This document shows, one piece after another, positions 24,412 through 37,740 of a stretch of 64,000 bases of DNA; position 1 is the first letter of the stretch; every line of letters starts with the position of its first letter. A model generated the notes under the pieces. It searched no databases. It was not told the origin of the DNA and saw nothing but the letters and a program-made list of their open reading frames with translations. The stretch is from the NCBI GenBank assembly GCA_051294375.1, contig CM119269.1:12130896-12194895 (forward strand), written 5' to 3'. The translations under genes were made by a program, and so were the position numbers. This DNA comes from Paraspadella gotoi (Eukaryota > Animalia > Chaetognatha).

Positions 24412-25090
24412 TTAAAGAAAATCTACCTCCAACGATTTGTTTTTGCTGGGAACGAATTCTACCGTAGATGGAATGATGGGATCTCCAGAATTTTTCCTGA
24501 CGCCGCTGAATGACACCGTCTGCTCCGGCGCCGCCAAAGCCTCCGGCACCTCCAACGGCGCCTCCGGGACGCCGTCCGTGGTCGCCACGACGGTCGAGGC
24601 GTCGCTGGCGGCGAAATCGTCCAACGGCTCGTCCACGTCTACTTCAAAGTGCGAATCGATGGCGGCGTTCTTCTCCGCGGCGACGCCGGACGCCACCGAC
24701 GCTGCAGCGTCGCAACTCTGCAGCGTCGGTGGCGAACCCTCGGGCGTCATGGGCTCGGCGGCGGAGAAAGCGGCGGCGACGTCTTCTTTCGTGGCGACGT
24801 CAATTCTCTTTGCGGCGTCATTCAAAGGTTCGATTTCGATGATAGTGACGTCATCACAGAAATTGGCGCCGCGTCTACATCCTCCTCCTCCTCCTCCTCC
24901 TCTATTGACCGGCGCCGCTGGAGATGCGTCCCCTTTTATTGAATGCGACGCCGACGACGCCGCGGCGTCTGTGGCGCCGGGAACGCCCAGAGTGGCGCCC
25001 TCTGGTTGGCGGGAGAAGCGACGACAGATCCAAGTGAAGCAACAACTGAGGCGAGGAAACTCGACGAGAAAGCCTTGGCGAAAAGGAGGA
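24412..25090 (-). CDS. Peptide GPCR last exon: helix 8 (SPPFRQGF) and long Ala/Asp-rich C-tail
   Basis: TTTCCAG acceptor, phase 2 completing AG|T = Ser, open to TAA at 24412. An alternative donor at 24463 to a small exon near 24051 is possible. Confidence 0.8.
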
Positions 25091-26049
25091 CTGGAAAGAA
25101 CGAATTGATTGATTGATTGATTGATTGAGTGAGTGATTGATTGATTGATTGTTTGATTAAATCTATAATTGGTTCATTGATTTGTTGATGGATTGATAGA
25201 TTTGTTGATTGTGTGCTTATTTAATTGATTTCTTTAGCGATATAATTATTTATTATTTGGCTACTTTTTTGAATGATTAATTCAATATGTTATTTTATGA
25301 TTGATTGATAGATTTATTAATGAGTTTTTTGATTAATCGGATTGTTAATTTAGGAACTGAGTCAACAGTTGATTGATTAATGGTTTTTTTTATTTCATTT
25401 ATGGCTAAAATTGAATACAATTTTTCTTTTTTATATGATTTCATTTATCAATGATTTTAATTATATTTTATTTCCTTCCTTAACTGTTTTCAATTTGTGT
25501 TAAATAAGATAAGTTCTAAGAAAGATATTAATTCATCGATAAAATGTTATCTCCCTATCGCGTATCGTTCCACAACAGAAATCTCTTTCTCGTATCAGAT
25601 AACGAACGAGCTTTATAAACATCATCTCGTTTTACTGTCGATAAATCTTGGCGGAAAAAATGTTGAACGCCTCAATGTGAGAAAAAAATAAAAAAAAGGG
25701 AAAAAAAGGGAAAAAAGAAAAAAAAGGAAACTCGATGTTGTACGGACAGCGAAACAGTGAAGAGATGACAGGAGGAAGACAAAAGGCTGAGAAATGGAGA
25801 AAAGTGCTCTTGGCAAGTGGCAACAACATTGTCGACGAACATAAACTACATTTGTACGTATTATTAAGAGATACGAGAGATATGACGAATGAAAAATATA
25901 TATTAATAATTTGTGGACAAAACTGGACATATACCTTAATAACAGTAACTCATTAAATAATAGAAAATGGCCGCTGAAAAAACCTCCTAAAATAGTATCG
26001 AAATAATCTAAACTGCTCCAATATGCAAATGAGATTGAAATTTAAGAAC

Positions 26050-26204
26050 CTGAACAACATGTAGAGGGCGAAGTTGGTGGCAGAGTTGACGCAAAGAAGC
26101 AAAACTGAGATGTTGGTGAATTTGCTGAACCAACCGAGGAAGAATCGAGATGGCGCTCCTTTGTAGATGATCTGCTGGTAGATGGTGCAGAAACTGTAGG
26201 GGGC
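26050..26204 (-). CDS. Peptide GPCR exon, end of TM6 to TM7 (APYSFCTIY...NISVLLLCVNSATNFALYMLF)
   Basis: CAG acceptor, AG|GTTCTT donor. NSxxNFxxY is typical of FMRFamide/sex-peptide-receptor-like class A GPCRs. Confidence 0.9.
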
Positions 26205-26231
26205 CTGATGGAGAGAGAGGGGAAAGGGAAG

Positions 26232-26286
<55 letters not shown>

Positions 26287-28035
26287 CATGAACATGAACA
26301 TTTTAAAGACTTTTTTTATTTAATTTTAATTTAATAAGATTTCCAGTCTTCAATCAGTTGCCGCTTCAATTTTGGTTTATATATTTTTATATAATTTTTC
26401 TTTTTTAATATTTACAAAGTATTAATTTATATCACCTTTGTTTTTAAGATACATATATATATTCAAATTTTATGCGTTTTTCGGAAACACGAGCAGAGGC
26501 AAAATTCTATTTTTTTAAATAAATCTTCCCATTTTAATTCTCAATTTTATAAATTATTTATATTCTATTTTTATATTTAATATGGCGAGACAGACCAAAA
26601 AGCCTCTTATCGAATCACATCTCGACGCGACCAAAAAGAGAGAACTTGCGTCTTGAGGATAAAGTTTCATTTCGGATTTAAAAAAAAAACGAGGGGTTAA
26701 TTGAAATTGGAGTCCCGTCCTTTGCCAGCGTCGTCGTTGTCTTCACCGTTGTCGTCATCGTTCGTCGTTCAGTTTTCTTCACCTTTCACCGTCGTCGTCA
26801 TCCTTGTAGTTGTCATCTTATCGTTGTCGTCATCCTCTTCACCGTCGTCGTCATCGTCGTCGTCGTCTTCACCGTCATCGTCGTCGTCGTCATCTTCACC
26901 GTCGTCGTCGTCGTCCTCTTCAGCGTCGTCGTCAACGTCGTCGTCTTCACCATCGTCGTCTTCACCCGTCGTCTTCCACCGTCGTCGTCATCATCGTTTC
27001 GTCTTCGTCTTCACCGTCGTCGTCATCGGTCGGTCGGTCATCGTCGTCGTCTTCACCGTCGTCGACGTCGTCGTCTTAAAAGATTCGAAACAACGAATCT
27101 AATCAACTCTTGTCGAGCTCGTTTTTTCCTTTGCCCTTCTTTTTTTCTTTTCCTCTCTTCTTATTTAATTAAAGAAAAATAAAAGAAAAGAAGATTTCAA
27201 AGAAAACAAGAACGGTAATTTAAATGTGTTGCGCCCAATTGACTTTCTTTTCACGTGACACGGAATCTTGTCTTTTATTCTTTAAAGTTTTTGGATTTCC
27301 TCAAGGCGGCGCTAGCAGTCACTTAGATTTGAGGTTTTTTCCTGTCTTAACAAATGAGAAATCAACTATAGGCGAATTATATGCATTTTTAATATAAGTG
27401 GGACAGACCGATGGACAGACATACCGACCGACAGACCGACAGACCGATCGAAAGACCGAAAAGTGACTTATGCTACGCGAGTACTCGCGGCGCAACTAAA
27501 AAGGAAAAGTTTCGAGTAGCAAAGTCGTGAGGAAGTCGCCCGGCCAAGGATTCTCTTACTTTTTATCTTTAATCAGCGAAGAGCAAAACGATCCATTAGA
27601 GAAAAATAAAAAGTTCAGAGTCTTTTGTTTCTCTTTTCTCCGTTAAATCTTAAAAAAACGTTGTTTATGGTCAAACTTTGACCTTGTAAATACCATTTTA
27701 ATCGACTTAGCATCTCAGCATTTTCACTGTTAATGTTTATAACCTTGTTTAAGAATAAATTCATTCTTACTCTGAAACTTGTGTCGTCCACACGAGATGA
27801 TTTTTATAATTATTTGACGGTTCGTCTCTTTAATTTTTAATTTATTTAGTTATCAATTAAGTTCTGATTTATTTCTCTTTTTATTTGTTTTATTTATTGG
27901 TTTTTTTTCTCTTTTTTCTTTTTGTCAACTTTATACATACATTTATTTTATTTATTTTTATTTATTTATTTATTTTTATTTATATATTTATTTAATTATT
28001 TATTTATTTATTTATCAATTTATTTATTTATTTTT

Positions 28036-28066
<31 letters not shown>

Positions 28067-28452
28067 TTTATTTATTTATTTATTTATTTGTTTATTTATC
28101 TGATTTGTTTCTGTATTTATTTATTTATCTGATTTGTTTCTGTATTTATTTATTCATATGATTTGTTTCTGTATTTATTTCTTTATCTGATTTGTTTCTG
28201 TATTTATTTATTTATCTGATTTGTTTCCGTATTAATTTATTTATCTGATTTGTTTCTGTATTTATTTGTTTTATACATTTATTAATCTATTTTATTTATC
28301 TGTAAGTTTTATAATTATTTAATATTTATGCATTCATTCACTTATTCTCTTATTTATTTTCTTATTCATTCTCTTTTTATTTAATTGATCTATTAACCTA
28401 TTAACCAATTATTTTTTTCATTCATTTAAGAAATTTTTTTCGTTTTAAAAAC

Positions 28453-28542
28453 CTGAGTGATGACGAAATTTGTAATGATCGCGATGCACATGACATTGAT
28501 TGCCGTCTGCTGCCGATCGTGGCGCGACGGTCGCTTGCACAT
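28453..28542 (-). CDS. Peptide GPCR exon, ICL3-TM6 (MCKRPSRHDRQQTAINVMCIAIITNFVITQ)
   Basis: TTTCAG acceptor, CAG|GT donor, 90 nt, phase 0-0. Gives FxxxQxP across the junction. Confidence 0.88.
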
Positions 28543-29789
28543 CTGAAAGGAAAAAAACAAACAAAAGGACATCGAGTTTTAAAAAATAATAATAATTCGC
28601 GGTTTTTGTTTCTTAGCGCGACAAAGGCTGATGCGAACTCGTGGGGGACAGAGGGTGAGGCCTCACCCCTCATGAGGGGTAGTGGAGTCGGGCAAGGGGG
28701 GCAAAGGGGGGCGGACGAGCGACCACTGAGGCCTTCTCTTCGAGTAGACAGGATAATTAATGGGAAGCGCAGAAATTCTTTTCCAGGTAAGGATTGACTT
28801 TTAAGAGGAGGTAAGGCAAGTAAGGGTCGCGGGTGAGTCGGCCTCTTTTTAAAAGTAGGGAAACCAACTCCGTACAGTTCGTTTTTTTAAAAACATTATC
28901 TTTAAGTTCAGATCCAACTTTGTAATTTCAATTTCTCGAGGGACTTTATATACAAACAATTTATATTATAAAATACGTAAAAAGATTATACTCTTGTCTT
29001 GAATTGATTTCCCAAGGGGAGATAAATGCAAACCCACCCTTATTTAATTCCGTGGCCTAATTCTTTTTTTTAGCAGCGATAAAAAAGGCTAAAGGGAAAA
29101 ATGGACGCGACTTCGCTCGAGGGAAAGAAAAGTGCTTGATCTTTGATGGGCCACCATCATTGATTGGCCACCAAGCAGTCGCCAGTTTTCACGCCCATTT
29201 GCTTCCTTTTTGTCCTAACTTTTTATGCTCTGTTTATGTCCTTCGTTGTCCTTCTTGGTCCGTCTTGGTGCCTCCTTGTCCTTTTTTTTAGAGATATTTT
29301 GTCCCTGTGTCCTTCTTGTGTCATTATTACTTTTTCTTATTTTTTATTACGTATATTTGCCTTTTTTTGAATCTGTCTACTCGTCTTTTTTCTTTTGGTC
29401 TTAATTTTCCGTCTTTGTCCGTCATTTTCTTTTACTGTGTCTTTCCTTGTCCTCTTTGTGCCACTTCTCGATCATTCTCAATATAATTCCTTTTCCTTCT
29501 CCTCCTCTTCTTCCTCCTCCTCCTCCTCCTCCTCTCTCTAGTATTTCCGTTTCGTAACCAGAGCATTTACTCTCGATTCGTTTGCTAAAGATGAAATCTC
29601 AACACCTTCGATGTGATTATACAGAAAGTCATTGTCAGCTGCAATGTCAATATACATCACGCAACATTAGTCGAACCACGTTTTCAGCTCTCTTTTCCTA
29701 GAGCCCCCTATTTCTGTTGATAAAGCCCGAAATTTATTTTTATCCTTATTATTTAACTTTGATCAAAAACCCTAACCTAATCCTAAACT

Positions 29790-30226
29790 CAAATCCTAAA
29801 TCCTTATCCCTAATTTTTAATCTTAACCCCTTACCTTAAATCTTAGTGACTAACCCTATTCCTTATCCCTAATTTCTAATCTTAACCCCTAACCTTAAAT
29901 CTTAGTGACTAACCCTATTCCTTATCTCTAATTTTTTGACTTAACCCCTAACCTTAAATCTTAGTGACTAACCCTATTCCTTATCCCTAATTTCTAATCT
30001 TAACCCCTAACCTTAAATCTTAGTGACTAACCCTATTCCTTATCCCTAATTTCTAATCTTAACCCCTAACCTTAAATCTTAGTGACTAACCCTATTCCTT
30101 ATCCCTAATTTCTAATCTTAACCCCTAACCTTAAATCTTAGTGACTAACCCTATTCCTTATCCCTAATTTCTAATCTTAACCCCTAACCTTAAATCTTAG
30201 TGACGAACCCTATTCCTTATCCCTAA
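29790..30226. repeat. 59-bp minisatellite built from degenerate TAACCC units (~7.5 copies)
   Basis: Unit CCTTAAATCTTAGTGACTAACCCTATTCCTTATCCCTAATTTCTAATCTTAACCCCTAA. Confidence 0.9.
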
Positions 30227-30544
30227 AAACAAAATCACTAACCTAATCCCAAACCTTAACCTTTAACAAAAAAATTTCCTTTTTCTAATCACTCAGCAGT
30301 CAGCAGTCTCATTAGCATACTTTTTATCCCTTTCTATAGAGCATTAGTGGCGCTTTGCACTTAAGATGGTGCGTTTAGCACTTTTGATTTTGCGTTTAGC
30401 ACTTCTCAAGCTAAGATGGAGCAAGGTCGCGGAAAAATAAGAGCGAGGTTTTCCACATCCTGGAATCTTTTGCAAAATCGGAAAAGCGTAAAGGCGACTT
30501 GGAGGGAACGGCTTGGTCAGCTCTCTCTCTCTTTCTCTCTCTTT

Positions 30545-30648
<104 letters not shown>

Positions 30649-30784
30649 CCCCACATAAGTGAACGGCCTTCATCTCTACAACCCTTTTCACTTCGATAGT
30701 GGCCTCGTGAAAAAGCGATTGTCGTCATCGTCATCTTCATCTTCTTTGTTGTCGCCATCGTGATCTTCGTCGTCGTCATTGTAC

Positions 30785-30877
30785 GTAGTCTTCGTCATCA
30801 TCGTCATCGTCACCGTCTTCTGAATCAGCGATCCCGATCGAACGCAATTCTTCGCCAGACTTTTTAATGGAACCGGA
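30785..30877 (-). CDS. Possible acidic ICL3 cassette exon of the GPCR (SGSIKKSGEELRSIGIADSEDGDDDDDDEDY)
   Basis: TTTCCAG acceptor, TAC|GTACAA donor, 93 nt, phase 0-0, between the TM5 and TM6 exons. Confidence 0.45.
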
Positions 30878-31044
30878 CTGGAAAGATGGAACCGAAGCCT
30901 CTGACCTTTTTTAACCACGAGGAACTAAAGCAAACTTGTTTGACATCGAGGGCCAATGTTAATGGTGGAACACTCGCCTCGCCCACAGTCCATACCACGA
31001 TTCCCCCAATCCATGTCCCCAGGTCCAAGCCACATCCAAGCCCG

Positions 31045-31262
31045 CTCCCCCAACCATGCCCATTGCCCACTCTCCCAGCCATGCCATCTCCCCCAGCCAT
31101 GCCCCCTCCCCCAGCTATGCCCCCTCCCCCAGCCATGCTCTCTGCCCCAGCCATGCCCCTCCCCCAGCCATGCCCCCTACCCCAGCCATGCCCCCTCCCC
31201 CAGCCATGCTCCCTCCCCCAGCCATGCTCTCTCCCCCAGCCATGCTCTCTCCCCCAGCCATG
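31045..31262. repeat. ~18-bp C-rich minisatellite (CCCCAGCCATGCTCTCTC)
   Basis: About 12 tandem copies; G-tracts on the minus strand. Confidence 0.85.
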
Positions 31263-31433
31263 ACCCGATCTTAAAGTCTTCACTCCGCTCGACTTTCGCT
31301 TTTCTTATCTCCTTTTCCCGCCAAATTTCCTCCTGCGACCAAATCTTTCTTTACTTTCTTTTTCTTTTTTTCTTTCCTTTCTTTTCTTTCTTCTTTCTTT
31401 CTTTCTTTCTTTCTTCTTTCTTTCTTTCTTTCT

Positions 31434-31473
<40 letters not shown>

Positions 31474-32871
31474 TTATTTCGTTGTGTATTTTGTTTTTTT
31501 TTATTTTTAGTTACGATTTTTAGTTTCGTTTTTTAGTTATGAAAGTGGTTAATGGTTGTGATCAACCATCGGTGCTTCTGCTTATTATTTTCCCATTCGT
31601 GAAGCCTATTGACTTTTTTATGCATCACAATTCGTCTATTCATTTTTTCATTCCTCATTTTTAGATTTTGCTTTGTCTTCCCGTTCACCTTTTTTTTAAT
31701 TTAAATTTTTTGAATGCGGTTTTGCCGATTGAGATGAATATGTTTTATCATCAGTCTTTTGTTTCTCAATGACGTTAATGTTCAAATTCAAATATATAGC
31801 TTATTTTTTTTCTGGTTCATTTTCGAAAATATGATTCCTCTCAGCATTGCTTTTATTTATCATAGCTCATTAAAAAGATTAAAATTTTTTGTATAATCGC
31901 CAATTTTTTAAGTCGCTTCTTTTTTTCCCACATAGTAAAAGATGATAAGAGCTTTTCAAGCGTTTGTGCTTGCTATAGTTTAGCAACTCTTTATATGGTT
32001 TCCCGCGTCATTTTTACTCTCTCTTCCTCCCAACGTTTCGGTTGTAGAGAGTAGAGTTGGCAGACGCCAAGTGCCAATTCAGATTTCTTCATTCCCAAAA
32101 ATTATCGGTTTTTCCTCTTTGTCTTTTGTTATTAGTTGCGACGCGAGTACTCGCGAAGTAACTCTATAAGACACTTGTGTGTCTGTCGGTCAGTCTGTCT
32201 GTCAATATACTACGTCCTACCATCAGTCGTTCTATCTAATTAACGTTTTAAATGCCCATAATTACGGTAAAACTGAATCAATTTTTGTCAACACTTTCAC
32301 GGTTTTAGGTCAGACTGAAGCAATCACGAGCTGAAGCAATCACGAGCTGAAGCAATCACGAGCTTTTAAAGTGGGTGAGACAGCTTTTATTATATAAATA
32401 GATCATTATTATATTGTTTGTAGAAAAAATTTAAACATGCGTCAATTTAATAAGAAAGTAAATACGGCGCAGCGCTTAGAAATAGCTCTCTGTTGTTGTT
32501 AAGCTTCTTGCTCCAATATGAATACCAGTAACGGCGTCGACTTTTATGAGAAACACATATAGGAATTCGATAGCGAAAACATTTTCATGTTTTCCATCGG
32601 ACAACGAGATTAAATTAACATTCGAAATGTCCTTTGGTTTTCCGAACGACCAAGCGGCGAAGCAAGCAAATGAATTCTCTCATCTCTCATGCTTGACTTC
32701 GAGTCGCAGGGTTTTCGGGTAACCAAAACAAATCTGACGCAAATCTGCAACCAAGAAATGAGGTCTCTCACTTTCAGGCTTGAGTTGCTTGGAATTCACT
32801 TACGTTGTGACCGAATTTAAAATTGGTTTGCCGACGACAAAACGGCGACCAAGAAAATAAATATCTCTCAC

Positions 32872-32980
32872 CTTGAGCTGCTTGGCTTTGAGTCGTGTGA
32901 TGACGGAAATCACGATAGAGTTGAAGACAATCATTAGAGCGACTGGGACGACGAGGACCGTGAGGACGTACATCCATGTT
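32872..32980 (-). CDS. Peptide GPCR exon, TM5 (TWMYVLTVLVVPVALMIVFNSIVISVITRLKAKQLK)
   Basis: CCAG acceptor, AAG|GTGAGA donor, phase 2-0; PxxxxxxxN TM5 pattern. Confidence 0.9.
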
Positions 32981-33163
32981 CTGGAGGTTTTAGGGCGGGC
33001 GAATATAGAGATTAGATATAAATAAAACAAACAAAAAAACAAACAAAACAAAAATATAACATAACATAACAAAACAAACAAAAGAAAAACAGACCAAAAA
33101 AAAACAAACCAAAAAAAAACAAAAAAAAACAAAACTCAACCAAGACAAAAAGAGGCAAAAAAC

Positions 33164-33373
33164 CTGTAGACGAAATTGTAGGTCTCGTTTTTCCTCAGTT
33201 CCGATTTGACAGTCGTCACGATTCCTCGTTCGGCGTCGTAGACGTAAGTGTAGTCGAAGACACGGACGAAGTTGTAGGTGAAGGACAAGACGCAAATGGC
33301 CGCCACCACGAGTTTGGCGCGTGCGCGAGTGCAGGTGGTCGGCACGCGGTGGGGGCGGCATACAGCTATGTAT
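33164..33373 (-). CDS. Peptide GPCR exon, ICL2-TM4-ECL2 (YIAVCRPHRVPTTCTRARAKLVVAAICVLSFTYNFVRVFDY...NETYNFVY)
   Basis: Completes DR|YIAVCRP; phase 2-2; canonical AG/GT. Confidence 0.92.
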
Positions 33374-33980
33374 CTGGTAGGGGGGAGGAGGATAAAGTAT
33401 GGTTATATTTTAACTCGTTGAGTCGTCTTGGCTATTGGATTGATCAATTGTTTTCTGGAAGACTCGCTTTCAACCTATTTCGCATATTTAAAAACAAGGA
33501 GGAAAAAATAACTATTTATTCTTGGATGAGCACACGATGATGAAACATACGTATAAAACGTTTTTTTTGGTACATTAACATTCTAAAAATTTCTTGACAG
33601 GTGCTAATTAAAAATGCCTAATTATGATTTATGATCAATTATAGTATAATTATAATTATTATATACTTTATACGCTCTGGTTGAGATGGACAGACATAGA
33701 GACACTGACAGAAAATCGCGTTGTGGGATTGATGAAAAGCGGAGGGAAAATAATAGACTAATAAAATACAATAAAATTTAAATAATATTTGTATCTGTGT
33801 TTGGCCGGGCGGTTCCCCTTCGAGTTTTGGATCGCAAAATGCAAGCTTCTTCCCTGTGGCTCCGGATTGGCTGTCCTTGACCAATCGGCGACGAGAGTTT
33901 CAAAAAGATATTTTACCTTTGTTCCCGCGAATTTAGCGCGAGGTTGACGAGGAAACGTGTTGGGCAAAACAGCATTTTTA

Positions 33981-34480
33981 GTCGGATCTGCTTTCAGCAG
34001 ATCCCGACTTTATAATTCACTTTGTCGGTCTGTCGGTCCAACCCCTCAATATTGTCAGGCAATCACTTTCATCATGTCAGAAGATCAAATTATGATAAAT
34101 TATGCAAAAAAATATGTCTGTCTGTCTCACCTTTGCAAAAATCACTAATTACTCGTGATCGGATGGATGGATTGATTTGAAATTTTGTATTTGGGAAGAA
34201 AAGTGTGTGATTAAGTTGTATATGAAGTTTNNNNNNNNNNAAAGTGTGTGATTAAGTTGTATATGAAGTTTTGATGGAATCGTCGGAGTGGAAATGAGTT
34301 TAAATGGAAAAAACCAAAGAACCTATTTCATTAATTGATTGTGCTTCTTTTTTTTATTTTAAATATAAATTAATTGCTTAATAAATTAAATAATTAACTT
34401 GAATAAATTAATTATTAATTTAATCTTTTAATAATTACGATAATGATCGTGGGCAGATCCGACATTGTTTGCTCAAACTT
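33981..34480 (+). mobile_element. HINE/DINE-1-like family A copy (contains a gap)
   Basis: T-run, subTIR GTCGGATCTGC, its inverted copy GCAGATCCCGAC, GTCT tract, 3' subTIR GCAGATCCGAC and stem-loop. Confidence 0.8.
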
Positions 34481-34910
34481 CTTAGGTAATTTCTTATGAT
34501 TATCTCTTGATGCACGACTTTTACCTGTTTTTATTCCGTTTTTATTCTGTTTTTATTCGTTTTGTGCCCTTTTTGATGCAATACATTGTTTTCCGCTAAT
34601 CTTCGGAATCTTGGCCGAAATATTAGGTTCTAGTGAGCGCAAGATCAGACATATATACATAGAATTAAATATATGAAACTAAAATGTAAAGTAAGCTTAT
34701 TGGATGCGTTGTAGAGGAAATGAGATTAGATTGAGGAAGAGAGAAGTTTAATTTTGTTTGACAGAAAAAAGAAAGAAAAAGAAAAAACGAAAGTTTTGGA
34801 AGAAAAAAGTATTGAAGTGCTTGTTAAAAATACAGTAAAATATTGGATTTAAATGTTAAATGAGAAGAATTATCGTTCCATTGAAAGTAATATTGATTAA
34901 ATCGTTTTAA

Positions 34911-35863
34911 GGCCAGGGATCACTCAACCTAAAATTGTAGAAATCGTAATTTACTGTATCTTAATCATTTTCTCATATCTTGTAAGAGGTTTTCTATTGA
35001 AAAATATTCGAAAACTTTTAAAAATCTACATAAAATGTTCATAAAAATTTAAACAAAATTTTTTCTTTGGTAAAACAAGATTTTCAAGAGAAAAATATTT
35101 TTTTATATGTAAGCTAAATTTCTATAACTAAATTTTTAACTTAAAACTGATTCTTTACAGTAAACTCAATTTCTACTTCTTATATTTAATTCTTCCTTTG
35201 GTACAAGTACATACTTGGAGTTGTATCACTAATAAGTCTAAAATAAACTACTCTACACATTTTCCAGACGGGTTTTTATACTTTTATGAGTTTTATGAGT
35301 TAAAAAACTTATCGAATTTATTTCAATTTGACTTTTTACTTTATGTAAATGTTTAATGAGTTTTATGAGTACAGAATTTAACTTTCTTGACGAAGGGAAG
35401 TTAAAAACGAAGAGTTGCAGCTCAAACCATTGGACTCTTCTTGAAGAAAAAAAATATATTGGGCAAGAAAGGAAAGGAGGGGGAGATTCTATTTCTATGA
35501 GCACGTTTTTGAAAAAATGTTTTTCATTTCAAAGATATCAAGGAATTAATCCCAAAAATTGATTAAAATAATAAAATTTTATATGAAGGAAGGCAAATTT
35601 TAAAAGTATCTTTTCATAGAATTAGAGTTCGTGACCTAAAGGTAATTCATGCCAAATTTCATGAGAAACCACCTTACCGTTTGGGCTGCAACTCTTCAAA
35701 TAGGTTTCTTTTATTTTATATAGTACAAAAAAAATTGAAAAAACGATGACGCCTTTGAAAAAATAGTAAAGTGAATACATTTTCAGAATCGTCAGGAGCT
35801 CTCCTTTCGAAACCCGAGCTCGGTTTTAGCCTAATTATAATTTTAATTGAGTGATCCCTGACC
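34911..35863. mobile_element. TTAA-target MITE (Kolobok-like termini)
   Basis: TTAA|GGCCAGGGATCACTCAA ... TTGAGTGATCCCTGACC|TTAA. Confidence 0.75.
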
Positions 35864-36826
35864 TTAAGAGAAATGTAAAAACGTTGAAGTATAAAAATTA
35901 CGACAATGTATCACTCTGAAAAAAATTAAATGATTAAAAGTTAGAAAATCCTAAGGTTTTGCAGTCCATATATTTTTGTTATCGATTTAGGTTCAAGCGA
36001 TAATCTTATACTATAAGTTATATACATTAAGATCCTTAAAAAATTAAGTTCTCGTAACTTCGGGTTGAACTGCGGTCGTTTCCCGAGCAAATAAAACAAA
36101 TGTGTTAACCATTACCCGCGATTTTTTTGGGCACAACAACAACAACAACGACGACGACAATAACAACCATAACATAAACAATTACAGAAACCAAACATTT
36201 CACGCTGTGTTTTTTCTTCTTTGGTCGAACGAACGAAACGAAAAGAAATATTGCGAAAGACCACATAGTTATTTGCTCCTTTTTATTTCTTTTTTAGACT
36301 ATTTTTTTTTGTTGCAACGACTGGAGAAAATAAAGAATTCGGATTTCGTTAGAAAAAATGTTGAGTTTAGCTAATTTTAAATACTTTCAATTTTCACAAA
36401 CGATTTTTTGATCGAAAATGAATTTTTCAGAAAAGATAAACACTTTTTTTTATAAAAAGTAAAGAAAAGTCCCTTTATCAATTGAATCCGTTAAAAAAAA
36501 TCACAGAATAAAAAATTGACGTTTGACAAAGAAGAATTCATTTTTTGTTTTGATGCCTCTGGCGGCTGAAGAAAAAAAAATATAACATTTTGATATCCAA
36601 ACATTTTGATATCCAAACATCACTAATTCTCATCAATTCCTCTCCATTCATAAATTAAAATTTTACTCTTGTTTATAATTCAAATTCATTTTTATGTTTT
36701 AGTTTATTTTTCTTTTTGTTCTTGTTTATTTTCGTTGTTCTTGTTGATGTTTTTGTTTATAATCTTATGTTTTTCGTGGTTTACATTCTTATTAATTTTT
36801 GCGATGTTCTTTTGTCATTTTCTCGC

Positions 36827-37007
36827 CTGTCGATCGAGATGGCGACGACGATCCAGACGTTCGCCTGTTGCGCCCAAAGGAAGAGAATCTGCACGACGCG
36901 TCCGATCGTCGCCAGTTGCGTCAAGACGACGCGGTCGCCCTCAACGAAGTCACGGATGACGGCGCCGAAGGAAAAGGTGAACTCTTCGGAGAAGGCGAAG
37001 ATTATGT
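36827..37007 (-). CDS. Peptide GPCR exon, TM2-TM3 (DIIFAFSEEF...AQQANVWIVVAISIDR), GC donor
   Basis: CTACAG acceptor, phase 1. Ends GAC AG|GCGAGA, which is required to build DRY with the next exon. Confidence 0.88.
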
Positions 37008-37037
37008 CTGTAGTGAAAGGAGGAGGGAGAGAGAGAG

Positions 37038-37075
<38 letters not shown>

Positions 37076-37524
37076 AAAAGAAAAAAAAAGAGAGAGATAG
37101 AGAGGAGATCTATCATCTCCCAAAACCTCCGCCCCGCGGGGGCCTCTAGGGAGCAGACTATTCCAGGGGGTGCAGAAAAATGGTCATAGAGGGGGTGCCC
37201 CCTCTGAATTTCCCCAGGGGCCGCCCCCGGGGGTAACCCCCTGGGGCAAACATTTTGCATCTATTAGCGGCGCCCCTAATACTAAGCCCCCCGCAGAGCC
37301 ACCTCGAGGGGCCGACCCTAGCACCGCCCCCGGGGAAGAAGGATCGGAAGGATGAGAAATGAGTTTAAGGATATAAAAAGGAAACGAGGGAAGCAGGGCC
37401 GGGGAGATAAGGTCAGAGAGGTGAGGCAGTAAGCGAAAGAAATAAGCGGATGGTGAGTTCAGTATTGAGAAAGTAGGAAAGAAGGAAGATGGAAAAAAGT
37501 GAGGAAGTGGGAAGGAATGTAGAA

Positions 37525-37740
37525 AGTTAAGATTGGAGAGAAGTTGAGATGGAAAGTGGGTGGAGATTGGAGAGAAGTAGAGATGGAGAGTGGTGGAGAT
37601 TGGAGAGAAGTAGAGATGGAAAGTGGGTGAGATTGGAGAGAAGTAGAGATGGAAAGTGGGTGGAGATTGGAGAGAAGTAGAGATGGAGAGTGGGTGGAGA
37701 TTGGAGAGAAGTAGAGAAGGAGAGTGGGAGGAGATTGAGG
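37525..37740. repeat. ~33-bp purine-rich minisatellite
   Basis: Recurring GGAGATTGGAGAGAAGTAGAGATGGA. Confidence 0.8.

Noticed and set aside
29790-30226. Regular arrays as possible CRISPR
   Set aside because: No unique spacers, eukaryotic context, no cas genes.
34200-34270. Direct repeat across the N gap
   Set aside because: Scaffolding overlap artefact.
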